NCBI GenBank assembly: GCA_963813715.1
Contig: CAWFAK010000007.1
Location: 288,001 to 352,000 of the forward strand
Direction: 5' to 3'
Origin: an uncultured Planctomycetaceae bacterium
Lineage (GTDB): Bacteria; Planctomycetota; Planctomycetia; Planctomycetales; Planctomycetaceae
DNA length: 64,000 bases
The position numbers and the translations under genes are program-made. Positions within the stretch are counted from its first letter, which is position 1, and every line of letters begins with the position of its first letter. Below the pieces are notes generated by a model that had not been told where the DNA came from, did not search any database, and saw nothing but the letters and a program-made list of their open reading frames with translations. This document shows positions 1 to 9,590 of this stretch, in pieces.

Positions 1-629
1 AATTCGGTGTCCGTCAGCGGCCCGGCCTTCAACAGCACGCTGTCTGGAATGCCTACCTTGCCGATGTCGTGCAGCGGGCTGGTGAGGTAGATCAGGTTGA
101 CGTATTCCGCGTCGATTTCGTCGCGGTATTTCGGCTTGCGGCTCAAGCGGTCGGCCAGAATGCGGCAATACTCGCGCATCCGCTCGAGGTGCGCGCCCGT
201 CTCGGGACTCCGCGACTCGGCCAGCTTGGCGAGCGTGAAGATCGTCAGGTTGCGGCTCTCCAACGAGAGCAAGCGCACGCCCGACTTCACCCGCACGCGC
301 AGCTCGGCCGGATGAAACGGCTTGGAGATGAAATCGTCGGCCCCGGCGTCGAGCCCCTGCACGACGTTGTCGGTGCCGTCCCGCGAGGTGACCAGAATGA
401 TGTACACGTAACTAGCGAAGCTGCGCTCGCGAATGCGGCGGCACAGCTCGAGGCCGTTCATCTCCGGCATTTCCCAGTCGGAGATGACGATGCGATACAG
501 CCCCGTCCGCAGGATTTCGAGCGCCTCGCGCCCGTTGTGCGCGGCCGTGACCTCGTAGCCGGCGCCCGACAGCGCCTCGCCCAACAGCTCGAGTGCGATT
601 TCATCGTCATCCACAATCAAGATGCGCAT
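1..629 (-). CDS. Response regulator with REC + HD-GYP domain (RpfG-like cyclic di-GMP phosphodiesterase), runs off the window start
   Basis: Not in the ORF track; translated by hand from ATG at 629: MRILIVDDDEIA...ISDWEMPEMNG...DDFISKPF (REC), then LAESRSPETGAHLERM...SPLHDIGKVGIPDSVLLKAGPLT (HD-GYP N-terminal half). Start overlaps the kinase stop. Confidence 0.9.
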   Translation of the reverse strand, partial: MRILIVDDDEIALELLGEALSGAGYEVTAAHNGREALEILRTGLYRIVISDWEMPEMNGLELCRRIRERSFASYVYIILVTSRDGTDNVVQGLDAGADDFISKPFHPAELRVRVKSGVRLLSLESRNLTIFTLAKLAESRSPETGAHLERMREYCRILADRLSRKPKYRDEIDAEYVNLIYLTSPLHDIGKVGIPDSVLLKAGPLTDTE

Positions 630-3600
630 GGAACTTCTCCGGAGAGCACAGTTTCAGCCAGCACGGCGTCGGTCCGTTCGGGCGACGTCGCGGGGACCAA
701 CGGCAAGGTTTCCTGCAGGAACCGCCGACTTTCGTATTTGAGTTTTGCCAGAGTGTCGCGGGCCGCGCCGATGTTGCCGCTCTTGGCCAACATTTCCAGA
801 TCGCCCGACACGGCGCGAAGCGGCTCGGCCGACAGATTCGCGGCCGCCCCCTTCAACCGGTGGGCACAGCGTCCCAAAAGATCGCAGTCGCCGGCGTCCG
901 CGGCCGTTTTGATCTCGTACAAATCGGCACCCAGCCGCGCGTGGAGCTTGACCAGCAGCTTGTCGGCCAGCTCGGCCTTGCCCAGGCAGCGCCTCAGGAG
1001 CGACGGCCGATCGATGACGATGGCCAGATCTTCGGCCGGATCCTGCTCGGCTTCGACCGCGGAGACAACCGCCGCCGGCTCGGGCATCTGGGCCACCTCG
1101 AACGGTTCCGGGGCCGCGCCTTCGGTCGCCGACAGCTGCACTTCGATCGTCTCGACGAGCTTGAAGGGATCGAAGGGCTTGCAGATGTAATCGTTCATGC
1201 CGGCGTTCAGGCACCGCTCGCGTTCGCCGGTCAGCGCGTTGGCGGTGAGGGCGACGATCGGCAGCACCGGCCCCGTGGCGCCCGCCGCCCGCTCGGCCTC
1301 GCGAATGTGCTGCGTCGCTTCCAGGCCGCCCATCTCGGGCATCTGGCAGTCCATCAGCACGAGGTGGTATTTCGTCTTCTGCACGGCTTCGACCGCCTGC
1401 CGGCCGTCGCCGACAACATCGCAGCGGTAGCCGGCCTGCGTGAGGATCTCGACGGCCACCTGCTGATTGATGTCGTTGTCCTCGGCCAGCAAAATGCGAA
1501 CTCCCTTTCGCGACGTGCGCGGAATGACGAAGGCTTCCGTCGTGTCCTTGCGCCCCAAGCGGGGACGGGCCTTTTCGGTGCCGTCATTGCTGACGACCGC
1601 CAACAGGGCCTCCATCAGCGCGGTCCGCATGATCGGCTTTGAGAGGCAATCCACAAAGCCCAAATTCCGCAAACGCAGCAAATCCTGCGGTGCCCCGACC
1701 GGCGTGAGTAGCATCAGGGCCGGCTTGCCCAGCTCGGGCAGCGAGCGAACGGTGGCGGCAAACTCCTCTTTGGTCAAATCGCTGACCCCGAGATCCCAAA
1801 GGGCAAAACTGTAGTGCGCTTGGGTGGTGGCCGCCTGTTCGAGCCGTTTGAGGGCTTCCGCTCCGCTCGTCACCTCGCTGACTTCCAGCCCCAGGTTGAC
1901 GAGCTGTTCGGCAACGATCGGCCGGCTGGTCTCGTTTTGATCGACGACCAGGGCCCGCAGACCCTGCAACGGCTTGAGCCGGTTCGCGTCGGCCTCTCCG
2001 GACAGCTCAGCCACCTCGAACGGCAGCGAGAACCAGAAGGTCGAGCCGCGGCCCACCTGGCTCTCGAAGCCGATGGCGCCCCCCATCAGTTCGCACAACT
2101 TCTTGCAGATCACCAGCCCCAGGCCCGACCCACCATATTTCCGCGTGATCGACGCGTCGACTTGAGAGAAGGCCTGAAACAGCCGGTTGAAGCGGCTTTC
2201 CGGAATGCCGATGCCGGTGTCTTCGACGGTAATGCGGAGCGTGGCGACGCGGTCGAGCTGTTCGACGACGGCGATGCGGACCACCACCTTGCCCCGCTCG
2301 GTGAACTTGATCGCGTTGTTCACCAGGTTGGTGATCACCTGCCGCACGCGGCCCGGGTCGCCGATCAGGCGCAATGGCACGCCCGGATCCGCAAAGTAGG
2401 CCATCTCGAGCGACTTTTCCTTGCACTTATGCGCCATCAGCTCGATCACCGGCTCAATGGTGGCGTGCAGGTCGAACGGGATCTTTTCGACCTCGAGCAT
2501 GCCCGCTTCGATCTTCGAGAAGTCGAGCACCTCGTTGAGCAAGTCGAGCAGCGACGTGCCCGAGAATTTGGTCGTCTGGGCGTACTTGCGCTGTTGCGAG
2601 TTGAGCGGCGTCGACATCAACAGGTCGGTCATGCCGATCACGCCGTTGAGCGGCGTGCGCAGCTCGTGCGAAATGTTCGCCAAAAATTCGCTCTTCGCGC
2701 GGTTGGCGGTTTCGGCCTCGACGCGGGCGGCGTGCAGCTGCTTGTTGTAGTCGGTGAGCTGCTTCTGCGTTTGCGACAGCTCGGCGACGAGCCGCTCCAA
2801 CTGCTTGGTCCGCTCGCGGACCCGCTCTTCCAAATTGAGGTTGAGGTCGCGGATGGTGCGGTTGTCGCGATCGAGCCGCTCGACCATCGAGTTGAACTGG
2901 CGGGCCAGGATGTCGATTTCGTCGTTGCCCGTCGGCGTGAGCCGCTCGGAAAGCAGTCCACTACCGACCCGGTCCATGGCGGCGACCATCACGTCGACCC
3001 GCTTGGTCACCGAACCGGCCATCAACGTCGCGTAGAGCACGCCTGTAATGGCCGCGGCGGCCGTGATGTACAAGGAGTGGGCTCGCAGCTCGCGGACGGC
3101 CTCCACCTGGTTGTTCTTGTCGGGGTCGTTGATGATGTCGGTGGCCCGCTGCCGCGCGACCTGGCCGATCATCAGCGCCGTGGTCGTAATGATCAAAAAC
3201 GAGCACAATCCCAGGCGGAACCGCAGCTTGCCCCGCGGCACGGCGCGATATTCAATCGACACTCCGTGCGCCAACAGGTGGCGAATCACGGTGCTCATGC
3301 AGTGTTCGACGGCAAAGAACGTGGCCAACAAGGCCAGGTTGATGCCCATGAACACGGCCCAGGTCAGGTTGATGAGCATGTCAACCGGAGCGCCGTGCCA
3401 GCGCAAATAGAGCGACACGGGCAACAGGCACGTCAGCGGCGTGAACCAGGCCTCGATGCGGTGATGCCGCGCCGAAAACAGGACCGCGTCACGGCCGGCC
3501 TGCTGGGCGTAGACCGGGTCGAACGGTTCGCCCCACTGGATACATTTGAGCACGTGCCGAACGCGCCTGAGCTCCCACAGAGCGATCAGCACGGTCGCCG

Positions 3601-3823
3601 TCACGCACTGCAGCACGACGGTGATGGCCGAGACGCGGAAGTGGTAGCGTAGCGCCGGGTCGAGCCGCAACGTCAGCTCGACGTAATAGATGACGAGCAA
3701 GCCGCCGATCGAGCCGCCCAAACGCGTCACGATCATCATCAGCAGGATGTACTGATGACCGAAACGGTTGAGGTATTTCTCGGTCAGCGATTGCTTCACG
3801 GCTGTGGCCTGTTTACCGGCCAA
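617..3823 (-). CDS. Hybrid sensor histidine kinase (multi-TM sensor, HAMP, HisKA, HATPase, 2x REC, Hpt)
   Basis: Several hydrophobic helices; HAMP (DEIDILARQFNSM); H-box FLANISHELRTPLNG; N/G boxes NLVNNAIKFT, DTGIGI, GGSGLGL; REC LLAEDN..LMDCQMP..KP; Hpt AHRLKGAA. Confidence 0.95.
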   Translation of the reverse strand: MAGKQATAVKQSLTEKYLNRFGHQYILLMMIVTRLGGSIGGLLVIYYVELTLRLDPALRYHFRVSAITVVLQCVTATVLIALWELRRVRHVLKCIQWGEPFDPVYAQQAGRDAVLFSARHHRIEAWFTPLTCLLPVSLYLRWHGAPVDMLINLTWAVFMGINLALLATFFAVEHCMSTVIRHLLAHGVSIEYRAVPRGKLRFRLGLCSFLIITTTALMIGQVARQRATDIINDPDKNNQVEAVRELRAHSLYITAAAAITGVLYATLMAGSVTKRVDVMVAAMDRVGSGLLSERLTPTGNDEIDILARQFNSMVERLDRDNRTIRDLNLNLEERVRERTKQLERLVAELSQTQKQLTDYNKQLHAARVEAETANRAKSEFLANISHELRTPLNGVIGMTDLLMSTPLNSQQRKYAQTTKFSGTSLLDLLNEVLDFSKIEAGMLEVEKIPFDLHATIEPVIELMAHKCKEKSLEMAYFADPGVPLRLIGDPGRVRQVITNLVNNAIKFTERGKVVVRIAVVEQLDRVATLRITVEDTGIGIPESRFNRLFQAFSQVDASITRKYGGSGLGLVICKKLCELMGGAIGFESQVGRGSTFWFSLPFEVAELSGEADANRLKPLQGLRALVVDQNETSRPIVAEQLVNLGLEVSEVTSGAEALKRLEQAATTQAHYSFALWDLGVSDLTKEEFAATVRSLPELGKPALMLLTPVGAPQDLLRLRNLGFVDCLSKPIMRTALMEALLAVVSNDGTEKARPRLGRKDTTEAFVIPRTSRKGVRILLAEDNDINQQVAVEILTQAGYRCDVVGDGRQAVEAVQKTKYHLVLMDCQMPEMGGLEATQHIREAERAAGATGPVLPIVALTANALTGERERCLNAGMNDYICKPFDPFKLVETIEVQLSATEGAAPEPFEVAQMPEPAAVVSAVEAEQDPAEDLAIVIDRPSLLRRCLGKAELADKLLVKLHARLGADLYEIKTAADAGDCDLLGRCAHRLKGAAANLSAEPLRAVSGDLEMLAKSGNIGAARDTLAKLKYESRRFLQETLPLVPATSPERTDAVLAETVLSGEVPCAS

Positions 3824-3854
3824 GCGGAGGGGGCCGCTCGTCGGGATGAATTCC

Positions 3855-4910
3855 CTATTTCTTCCCCCGGCTGCCCAAGTGCAGGCAGATCAGCCGCTGG
3901 AGTCCCCCGACGAGATCGGTCAAATTCACCGAGCGGCAGCGGGTCGCCAGCGCCAGGATCTCCCGGCGATAGGCCTGCCAGCGCTCGAGGAAGTGTTCCT
4001 CGTGCTTGCGTTCCCGGATCACGCCTTCGATGTATTCGCGGTTGCCGCTCCACAAGTCGCTGACCTTGAGGTCGCCGCAGGCAATCGCGCGGGCGAAGAC
4101 GCCGCTGGTGAAGTCGTCCTCGCCGATCTCGCGCTGCCAGGTGGTGATCATGTTGCCGATGCGGCCCATGCACTGCCCGCGCCACACCGCCTCACGAACC
4201 ACGCCCATTTCCGCGCGGTCGAACCGGGGCGAGCACATCATGTCCATGGTCGAAGAGACCATCATGTGCATGTTGTGCGGCAGGTAGAGGTCGTGCTCGA
4301 CCAGGTTGAACATCTCGGGATATTCATCCATCAGCCGCGAATAGCGCATCACGTTGAACAGCTGCCGATAGTCGAACTGCAACAGCTCGGCGAACTCGGC
4401 GTGGCGGGGAAAGTCCTTCACGCGGCGCTGGATCTCGTTCCAGATATCGAGCGTGAACCGCGCGTAGGCCCGCTGGTGCGGCAACAGCGATTTCTTCAGC
4501 TCCTGTCCGCCCGTCTCGAGCAAGTCGAGCAGGTGTTCCAGAAAGGCGAGATCCTTCTGATTGTCGGCGACGTCGTCGAGCATGACGTCGAGCATCACGC
4601 CCAACACCTTGGTGTCGGCCACCTCGTTCTCGAGGGACGGCTCGCAGCAGGTCAGCCGCGTGATCTCCACGCCGCGCCGTGCCCAGGTCCACAGGAACGG
4701 ATCGCGACGGCCAACTTGCGCGTAGCCCTCGACCCAGCCCGCGAGCGGGCGGCTCAATTTGATCGCGAGGACGTGCGCGATTTCTTGTTCGATTAATTCG
4801 GCATTGGGGAAGAAGTCGGGCATGACCACCGGTTCACTGGCCGCTCGAACCGCGTCCGAGCCGGCCGGGGCCAGAAGTTGTTCCACTAGAAGTTGAGGGT
4901 TCACGGTCAC
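3855..4910 (-). CDS. Class I isoprenoid synthase (terpene synthase/prenyltransferase) fold protein
   Basis: Asp-rich motif MLDDVADN (DDxxD) and NSE-like motif GNMITTWQRE (NxxxTxxRE) about 140 aa downstream; helical-looking, about 350 aa. The start may be GTG 4904, which has better AGGA spacing. Confidence 0.6.
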   Translation of the reverse strand: MTVNPQLLVEQLLAPAGSDAVRAASEPVVMPDFFPNAELIEQEIAHVLAIKLSRPLAGWVEGYAQVGRRDPFLWTWARRGVEITRLTCCEPSLENEVADTKVLGVMLDVMLDDVADNQKDLAFLEHLLDLLETGGQELKKSLLPHQRAYARFTLDIWNEIQRRVKDFPRHAEFAELLQFDYRQLFNVMRYSRLMDEYPEMFNLVEHDLYLPHNMHMMVSSTMDMMCSPRFDRAEMGVVREAVWRGQCMGRIGNMITTWQREIGEDDFTSGVFARAIACGDLKVSDLWSGNREYIEGVIRERKHEEHFLERWQAYRREILALATRCRSVNLTDLVGGLQRLICLHLGSRGKK

Positions 4911-5175
4911 GTTCCTGGTCTACGGGAGGTGCTGAGGGGAAAGTTCACCGCGGACCAAAGTCCGCCCGTTCTAACGTGCGCTCCGCGCCGTTCTCGATAT
5001 TCCTTTTCGTTCGCGATTTTCTGCGCTCTCGATATTCCTTCCTGTCGATTCCGTTCGCTCCGGCTCCTGTGCCGACTACTTTGTTGCCGACTTCTTCGCT
5101 CGTCGTCTTTACGCTTCCGCCGCGGTTCGCACCGCGCGTAGATCACTAGGGCCTCCGGGGTTAATGAGGCACGAA

Positions 5176-5203
5176 AGCCTACTCCACGACTGAACTCTGT
5201 CAA
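5176..5203 (-). promoter_or_regulatory. Putative sigma70 promoter for the synthase-kinase-RR operon
   Basis: Minus strand TTGACA-N16-TAGGCT, about 270 nt upstream of the synthase start. Confidence 0.5.
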
Positions 5204-5257
5204 CCGGCGCGTCCGTCAGTTTTTTCAGAATCTCTTTCGATCGACTTCGTTAAGTTT

Positions 5258-5285
5258 TTGACTTTCTGGAAAATTGGACTAAAGT
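5258..5285 (+). promoter_or_regulatory. Putative sigma70 promoter for ribB-like gene
   Basis: TTGACT-N16-TAAAGT in an AT-rich patch, back-to-back with the minus-strand promoter. Confidence 0.4.
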
Positions 5286-5588
5286 GTGAGCATCGCATCT
5301 TCAGGCAGGTTCCAGTCGGGACATCAGATCCCGTTTTCTCGCCATCTCTTGCCGTTTGCGGTTGGCTCTTCCGGTCAGCGGATCGTCGACTTTTCGCGGT
5401 GTGCGTCTTTTCGCGGTGTGATTGAGACGATCGCCAAACTCAACGCGATCGTGCCGCGTTCCACTTCGCGATGAAGCGGCACCCGCCCGCATTGGACGAG
5501 TTCCGCAAGCCGACCTCGTTGATCCCACAACCTCATTGATCCACATCAGAGAATCCGCAAGCCCCGAATTTTCGAGGACGATTCCCCC

Positions 5589-6392
5589 ATGCCCCTCTTC
5601 TCCAAGCTGGACGACGCGCTGGAAGCCCTGACGCAGGGCCGCATGATCATCGTTGCCGACTCCGAAGACCGTGAGAACGAAGCCGACTTTCTCGTTGCGG
5701 CGGAACGGATCACATCGGAGAACGTGCACTTCATGATTTCGCACGGACGCGGACAGCTCTGCATGCCCGTCGTGTCGCAAATCGCCCGGCGCCTCAGCCT
5801 CAAGCCGATGGTTCCGCGAAAGAGTGCGTCGATGCCCTGCTTCGCCGTGCCGGTTGACCACTCGCTGTGCAAAACGGGAATCAGCCCAAAAGAACGGGCG
5901 TTCACAATCCGGAAGATCGTCGAAGATTCGACGCGGCCCGACGACTTTCTGCGGCCCGGACACATCTTTCCTCTGATCGCCCGCGACGGCGGAGTGCTCG
6001 AACGACCGGGTCACACCGAGGCCACCATCGACCTGATGCGACTGGCCGGGCTTCCGGCCGCGGGAGTGCTCTGCGAGATCTGCAGCCGCGACGGGGAACA
6101 CATGGCGACCGGCCGCGAACTCCTGGACATCGCCAAGAACTTCGGCCTGCCGATCATCACCATCGACAACGTGATCGATCGCATGCAGGCAAAGGTCCGC
6201 GCAGCGCTCGTCGAACGGCGCCGGCCGGCACCCCAACCATCGCCTGGTGGCACAGCTCACGAGCACCAATGGCGCGAGCGTCAATGGCCCAGGCGTCAAT
6301 GGTACCGGGGCCGGGCGGGTTCCCGCCTGCGCTCCGCCTGGGCCGCACAGACGCAACGGCAAACATCAGCCGACTCCCCCGTCACCGCTTGA
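5589..6392 (+). CDS. ribB: 3,4-dihydroxy-2-butanone-4-phosphate synthase (stand-alone)
   Basis: DRENEADF, GQLCMP, TGIS, RPGHIFPL, GVLERPGHTEA and LCEI motifs. The low-complexity tail may be frameshifted. Confidence 0.9.
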   Translation: MPLFSKLDDALEALTQGRMIIVADSEDRENEADFLVAAERITSENVHFMISHGRGQLCMPVVSQIARRLSLKPMVPRKSASMPCFAVPVDHSLCKTGISPKERAFTIRKIVEDSTRPDDFLRPGHIFPLIARDGGVLERPGHTEATIDLMRLAGLPAAGVLCEICSRDGEHMATGRELLDIAKNFGLPIITIDNVIDRMQAKVRAALVERRRPAPQPSPGGTAHEHQWRERQWPRRQWYRGRAGSRLRSAWAAQTQRQTSADSPVTA

Positions 6393-7038
6393 CGGAACTT
6401 CCCGGGACTGAAGAATTCGGCGCGAGCCACTTCCCGTTCGCCGTATCGAAGAGCAACAACTCGCTCGTGCCGTGCGCTTCCGGGCCGTGCTTCGCGCCGC
6501 CGAGGATCGAAATGGCGATATGGCCGTTATCGACGCCAACCAGCACGCGGTACGGCTCGAGCGTCACGCTTCCCACCTCGCGATCGTCGGCATCCCACAC
6601 GCGGACGATGTAGCGCAGCTCGCACTCTTTGCCTGCGAGCGTCGCGAAGCCGTCGACGGGGACGAACAGCGACACAATTCGACGCGTGTCGACCGTAGTC
6701 GGGCCGACGTCGACGTAGTCCCGCAGTCCGCCGTACTTCTTCGACGTGTACCAGGCGGCCAGCGGATGCTTGGGCATCTGCACGGGCTGCCAGTTCCCCT
6801 TTTCGCGATATTCGGGATGCGCGGAGATGGTGAAGCCTTTGTTGCCCGCGCGTTGTTGCGCGAGCACGGTAATCACGTCGCCCTTCTCGGAGATGGCCGC
6901 TTGCTGCGCATCGATCCGCCGTGTACGGACGAGCGATTCGGTGGCGAGGCTGCCTGTTCCGACAAGTGATTGAGCGGAGGCGGACGACGACAGCGCGGCG
7001 AGCAGCGCGCACGAGAGGAACGTGGCGGGGATTCTCAT
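6382..7038 (-). CDS. Hypothetical secreted protein
   Basis: ATG 7038 gives a signal-peptide-like start MRIPATFLSCALLAALSSSASAQ; typical codon usage. Confidence 0.65.
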   Translation of the reverse strand: MRIPATFLSCALLAALSSSASAQSLVGTGSLATESLVRTRRIDAQQAAISEKGDVITVLAQQRAGNKGFTISAHPEYREKGNWQPVQMPKHPLAAWYTSKKYGGLRDYVDVGPTTVDTRRIVSLFVPVDGFATLAGKECELRYIVRVWDADDREVGSVTLEPYRVLVGVDNGHIAISILGGAKHGPEAHGTSELLLFDTANGKWLAPNSSVPGSSVKR

Positions 7039-7275
7039 TTGGCCCTCAACTCGGATGCTGGTGATCGCACTCACGTGACGCGGCGCGCGGCCATCCTCGG
7101 GCAGGCTTTGCCACGAGACCGGTTCACATGGTGTTTTGCGTTTGAGTACGACCGCTGCGGCCAGGTCAGAGATGGGTGAAAGCGCCTGGCCACCTCCGTG
7201 AATTGGCGGATGGACGGTCCACCAGGATACCAAGCCCGCGCCGATAAACAGCGCAAATTCCGAAGAGCCAATTTC

Positions 7276-9245
7276 TTAGCAGCGCGCCGCGGCTCGCTTT
7301 TTGACCAGCTGGAAGTGAACAACCGTTACAGCGGTAAAAGCGAACAGCACCCCGTAATAGATGTTGAAGGCGCGCTCGTTCGAATCGGTCAGCGGACCTG
7401 TGATCGCCTGCGCGATCGCATTCTGCACGAGCAGCACGAGCCACATCGCGGCAGCCGCGTGCGGGAAGATGTTGCCCCGAAAATTCCGCGGCAACGGCCA
7501 GACCAGCACCCAAACGGCGATGCCGAACACCATCAGCAAGTAGTCCGGGGCGAGCGCGTGCTGCAGCCGCCGATCCCAGACCCGCTCATCGTAGCCGTAA
7601 GTGTTGAACCAGCCCTTGATCCCGTACTGCAGCGACAGCCCCAGCCCCGCCAGCAGGCCGAGGGCCAGCCCCAGTCGCTCGAGATTCGGGTCACCCTCGG
7701 CAGGCGTCCCGGAATTCTTTCTCGGCCGCGAATTTTCGCAGAGCCAAGCAATACCAGCCCATGCCCGACGAGGATCACGGCCGCCAGGTAGAGCCGCATC
7801 ACGGTGAGGCCCAGCTCGAACGAGCGGGTGCGGACGCGAGCATGGTCCGGGCCGAGGAATTGGGTGAGGTTCACCAGGAACTTGTCCAGGCGGTTGAATA
7901 CCCGGTCAATTTGGAGCGTACGACCCCACTCGGCGTACTGCTCGACCGGAACGAACAGGCCAACGACCAACGCGGCGGTCAGGATCAGACCGACCCATTC
8001 GACGCTCGTCGACGGGCCCTTCGGATTCGCACTGCTTTCCGCAGAATCGATCGGCCGCTTGCGGTAGGCGAAGTAATACGCCGCGGCAAAGACACTGACG
8101 ACGGCAAAGAAGAACGACGACCACTCCAGATATTTCCAGTGAGCGAAGTGATCCGCCAACGTCTGGGGAAACCGAATCAACCAGGGCACCTCCAGCCGAA
8201 ACACGGTGCTCAAGAGCCAGGTCAGTCCCAGAAAAATCAGCAGCCACTCGAAGTTCGGCCCGGCGACCGAGCGTCGCGAGGCAACGATCGCCCGCTCGCG
8301 CTCGGACATCGGCCGATTGACCAGGAAATAGGCCATCCCAAAGGCAAAGCCCATGCTCAGGCCGCCCGACGACTCCCAACACCTCCAAAAGTTGAATTGC
8401 ACGCCCGGAAAGACGGTCGGAGCCCACTTCCAAGTCTGAAACAGCGCCCAGCCGATGCCGTTGACGATTGAGGCGGTCAGAATCAGGCCGACGTTCTTCC
8501 AGTCTCGCCGCCAGACCTCGAACGCCAGAAAGCCAAGAATCAGGCCCAGGTGATGCACGGCTTCGGTGCAGTCGATGATCATGCGGCGGAGGTTGGGATT
8601 GGCTTTCAGATCCTCGTACTGCGCTTGAATCGAGTCATAAAGCGGCAAGAAGCACTGCGGGTAATGCTCGATCAGGAACTGCGCGAGGTACGCGCCGGTC
8701 AGCCCGCAGGCAATCCGCAGGAACCAGTGCCAGACCCGCGTCTCCTTCAGCGAGCCGGTCCAAGCCAAAAAGCAGGCGCCGATGCCCGCCCACTTTGCTC
8801 CGGCGAGGAACATCCACAGAAAGCCGTACGCCCGGGAGATCGGCACAAACCGATCGACGCCGAGCGTCGCGTTGGTCATCAGTTTGCCTTCGAATAGGCT
8901 CGGCCACTGCATCCAACCTTGGATGCCGGCAATGCCGATCCCGAAGGTCAGCGCGGCCACGATCCAGCCCGAGGCGTAACGCCGCGACTGTTCCCTCCGC
9001 GGATCGTGGGCCAAATACCACCACGCCGCTCCCCAGGTGACGCCGGCAAAAACGCAGCCCTTCCAGGCACCAAACCCGGAGCAGCCGCGAACGGCCCAGG
9101 TCATTCCTCCGAGCGCCACGAAGAGCAGCGTCGGCAAGACCAGGTCGTGCAACAGGTCAGAATGCGGAGTGAAGGTCGACGGCGGGTCGGCCATTGCGGC
9201 CGCAGGGCCCTTGCCGGAAGCGGGGCCCGGTGTGGTATTCATCAA
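7276..9245 (-). CDS. Uncharacterised polytopic membrane protein (apparent frameshifts near 7700-7760)
   Basis: Many Gly/Trp-rich TM segments; ORFs 7533..9245 and 7276..7539 join through a hydrophobic alternative frame. Confidence 0.7.
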
Positions 9246-9383
9246 GCGGACTTTCTGGCGGTCGGCCGAGCGAAGACTTTTCGCAAAATGCTCGGACCAA
9301 AGGCCAGTTTAATGCCGCGACAAACCCGGTCCAATCAAGCCTCGACCCAGATTCGTGCGACGACCGACCTTAATTGACAGACT

Positions 9384-9455
9384 GGGTGCATGCCCACGGC
9401 CCGGCGTGGGCATGCATGCAGGACATGCCCACCCAAAGCTGTGGGCATGGCACCC
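9384..9455. repeat. Inverted pair of GGGTG-headed REP-like palindromes
   Basis: GGGTGCATGCCCAC..GTGGGCATG and CATGCCCAC..GTGGGCATGGCACCC in an intergenic region. Confidence 0.65.
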
Positions 9456-9590
9456 ATCATTCCAGCCCGGTCCATCCACCAGCGGACCCTGACGAGCCGA
9501 CCCCGAGCCTCGACCAGCCGGCCCGTGTCAGAGCGGTTGACCGCGACGGTGCTCGGTCCCCGTCAGCATTTTCTCGAGCGGAACCAGCGC

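Noticed and set aside
69..3652. Long plus-strand ORFs opposite real genes (also 36653..38590, 39769..42159, 52157..53167)
   Set aside because: Antisense shadow ORFs expected in high-GC DNA, with no recognisable motifs.
4907..5203. 98-aa ORF as a ComX-like precursor peptide for the synthase
   Set aside because: Arg-rich and low-complexity, its TTG start is the -35 hexamer, there is no RBS, and its Trp is not near the C-terminus.
5290..5588. FMN riboswitch in the long ribB leader
   Set aside because: Only ATCTTCAGG resembles the RFN start; the conserved GGTGAAATTCC, CGACGG and AGTCCGGATG blocks are absent.
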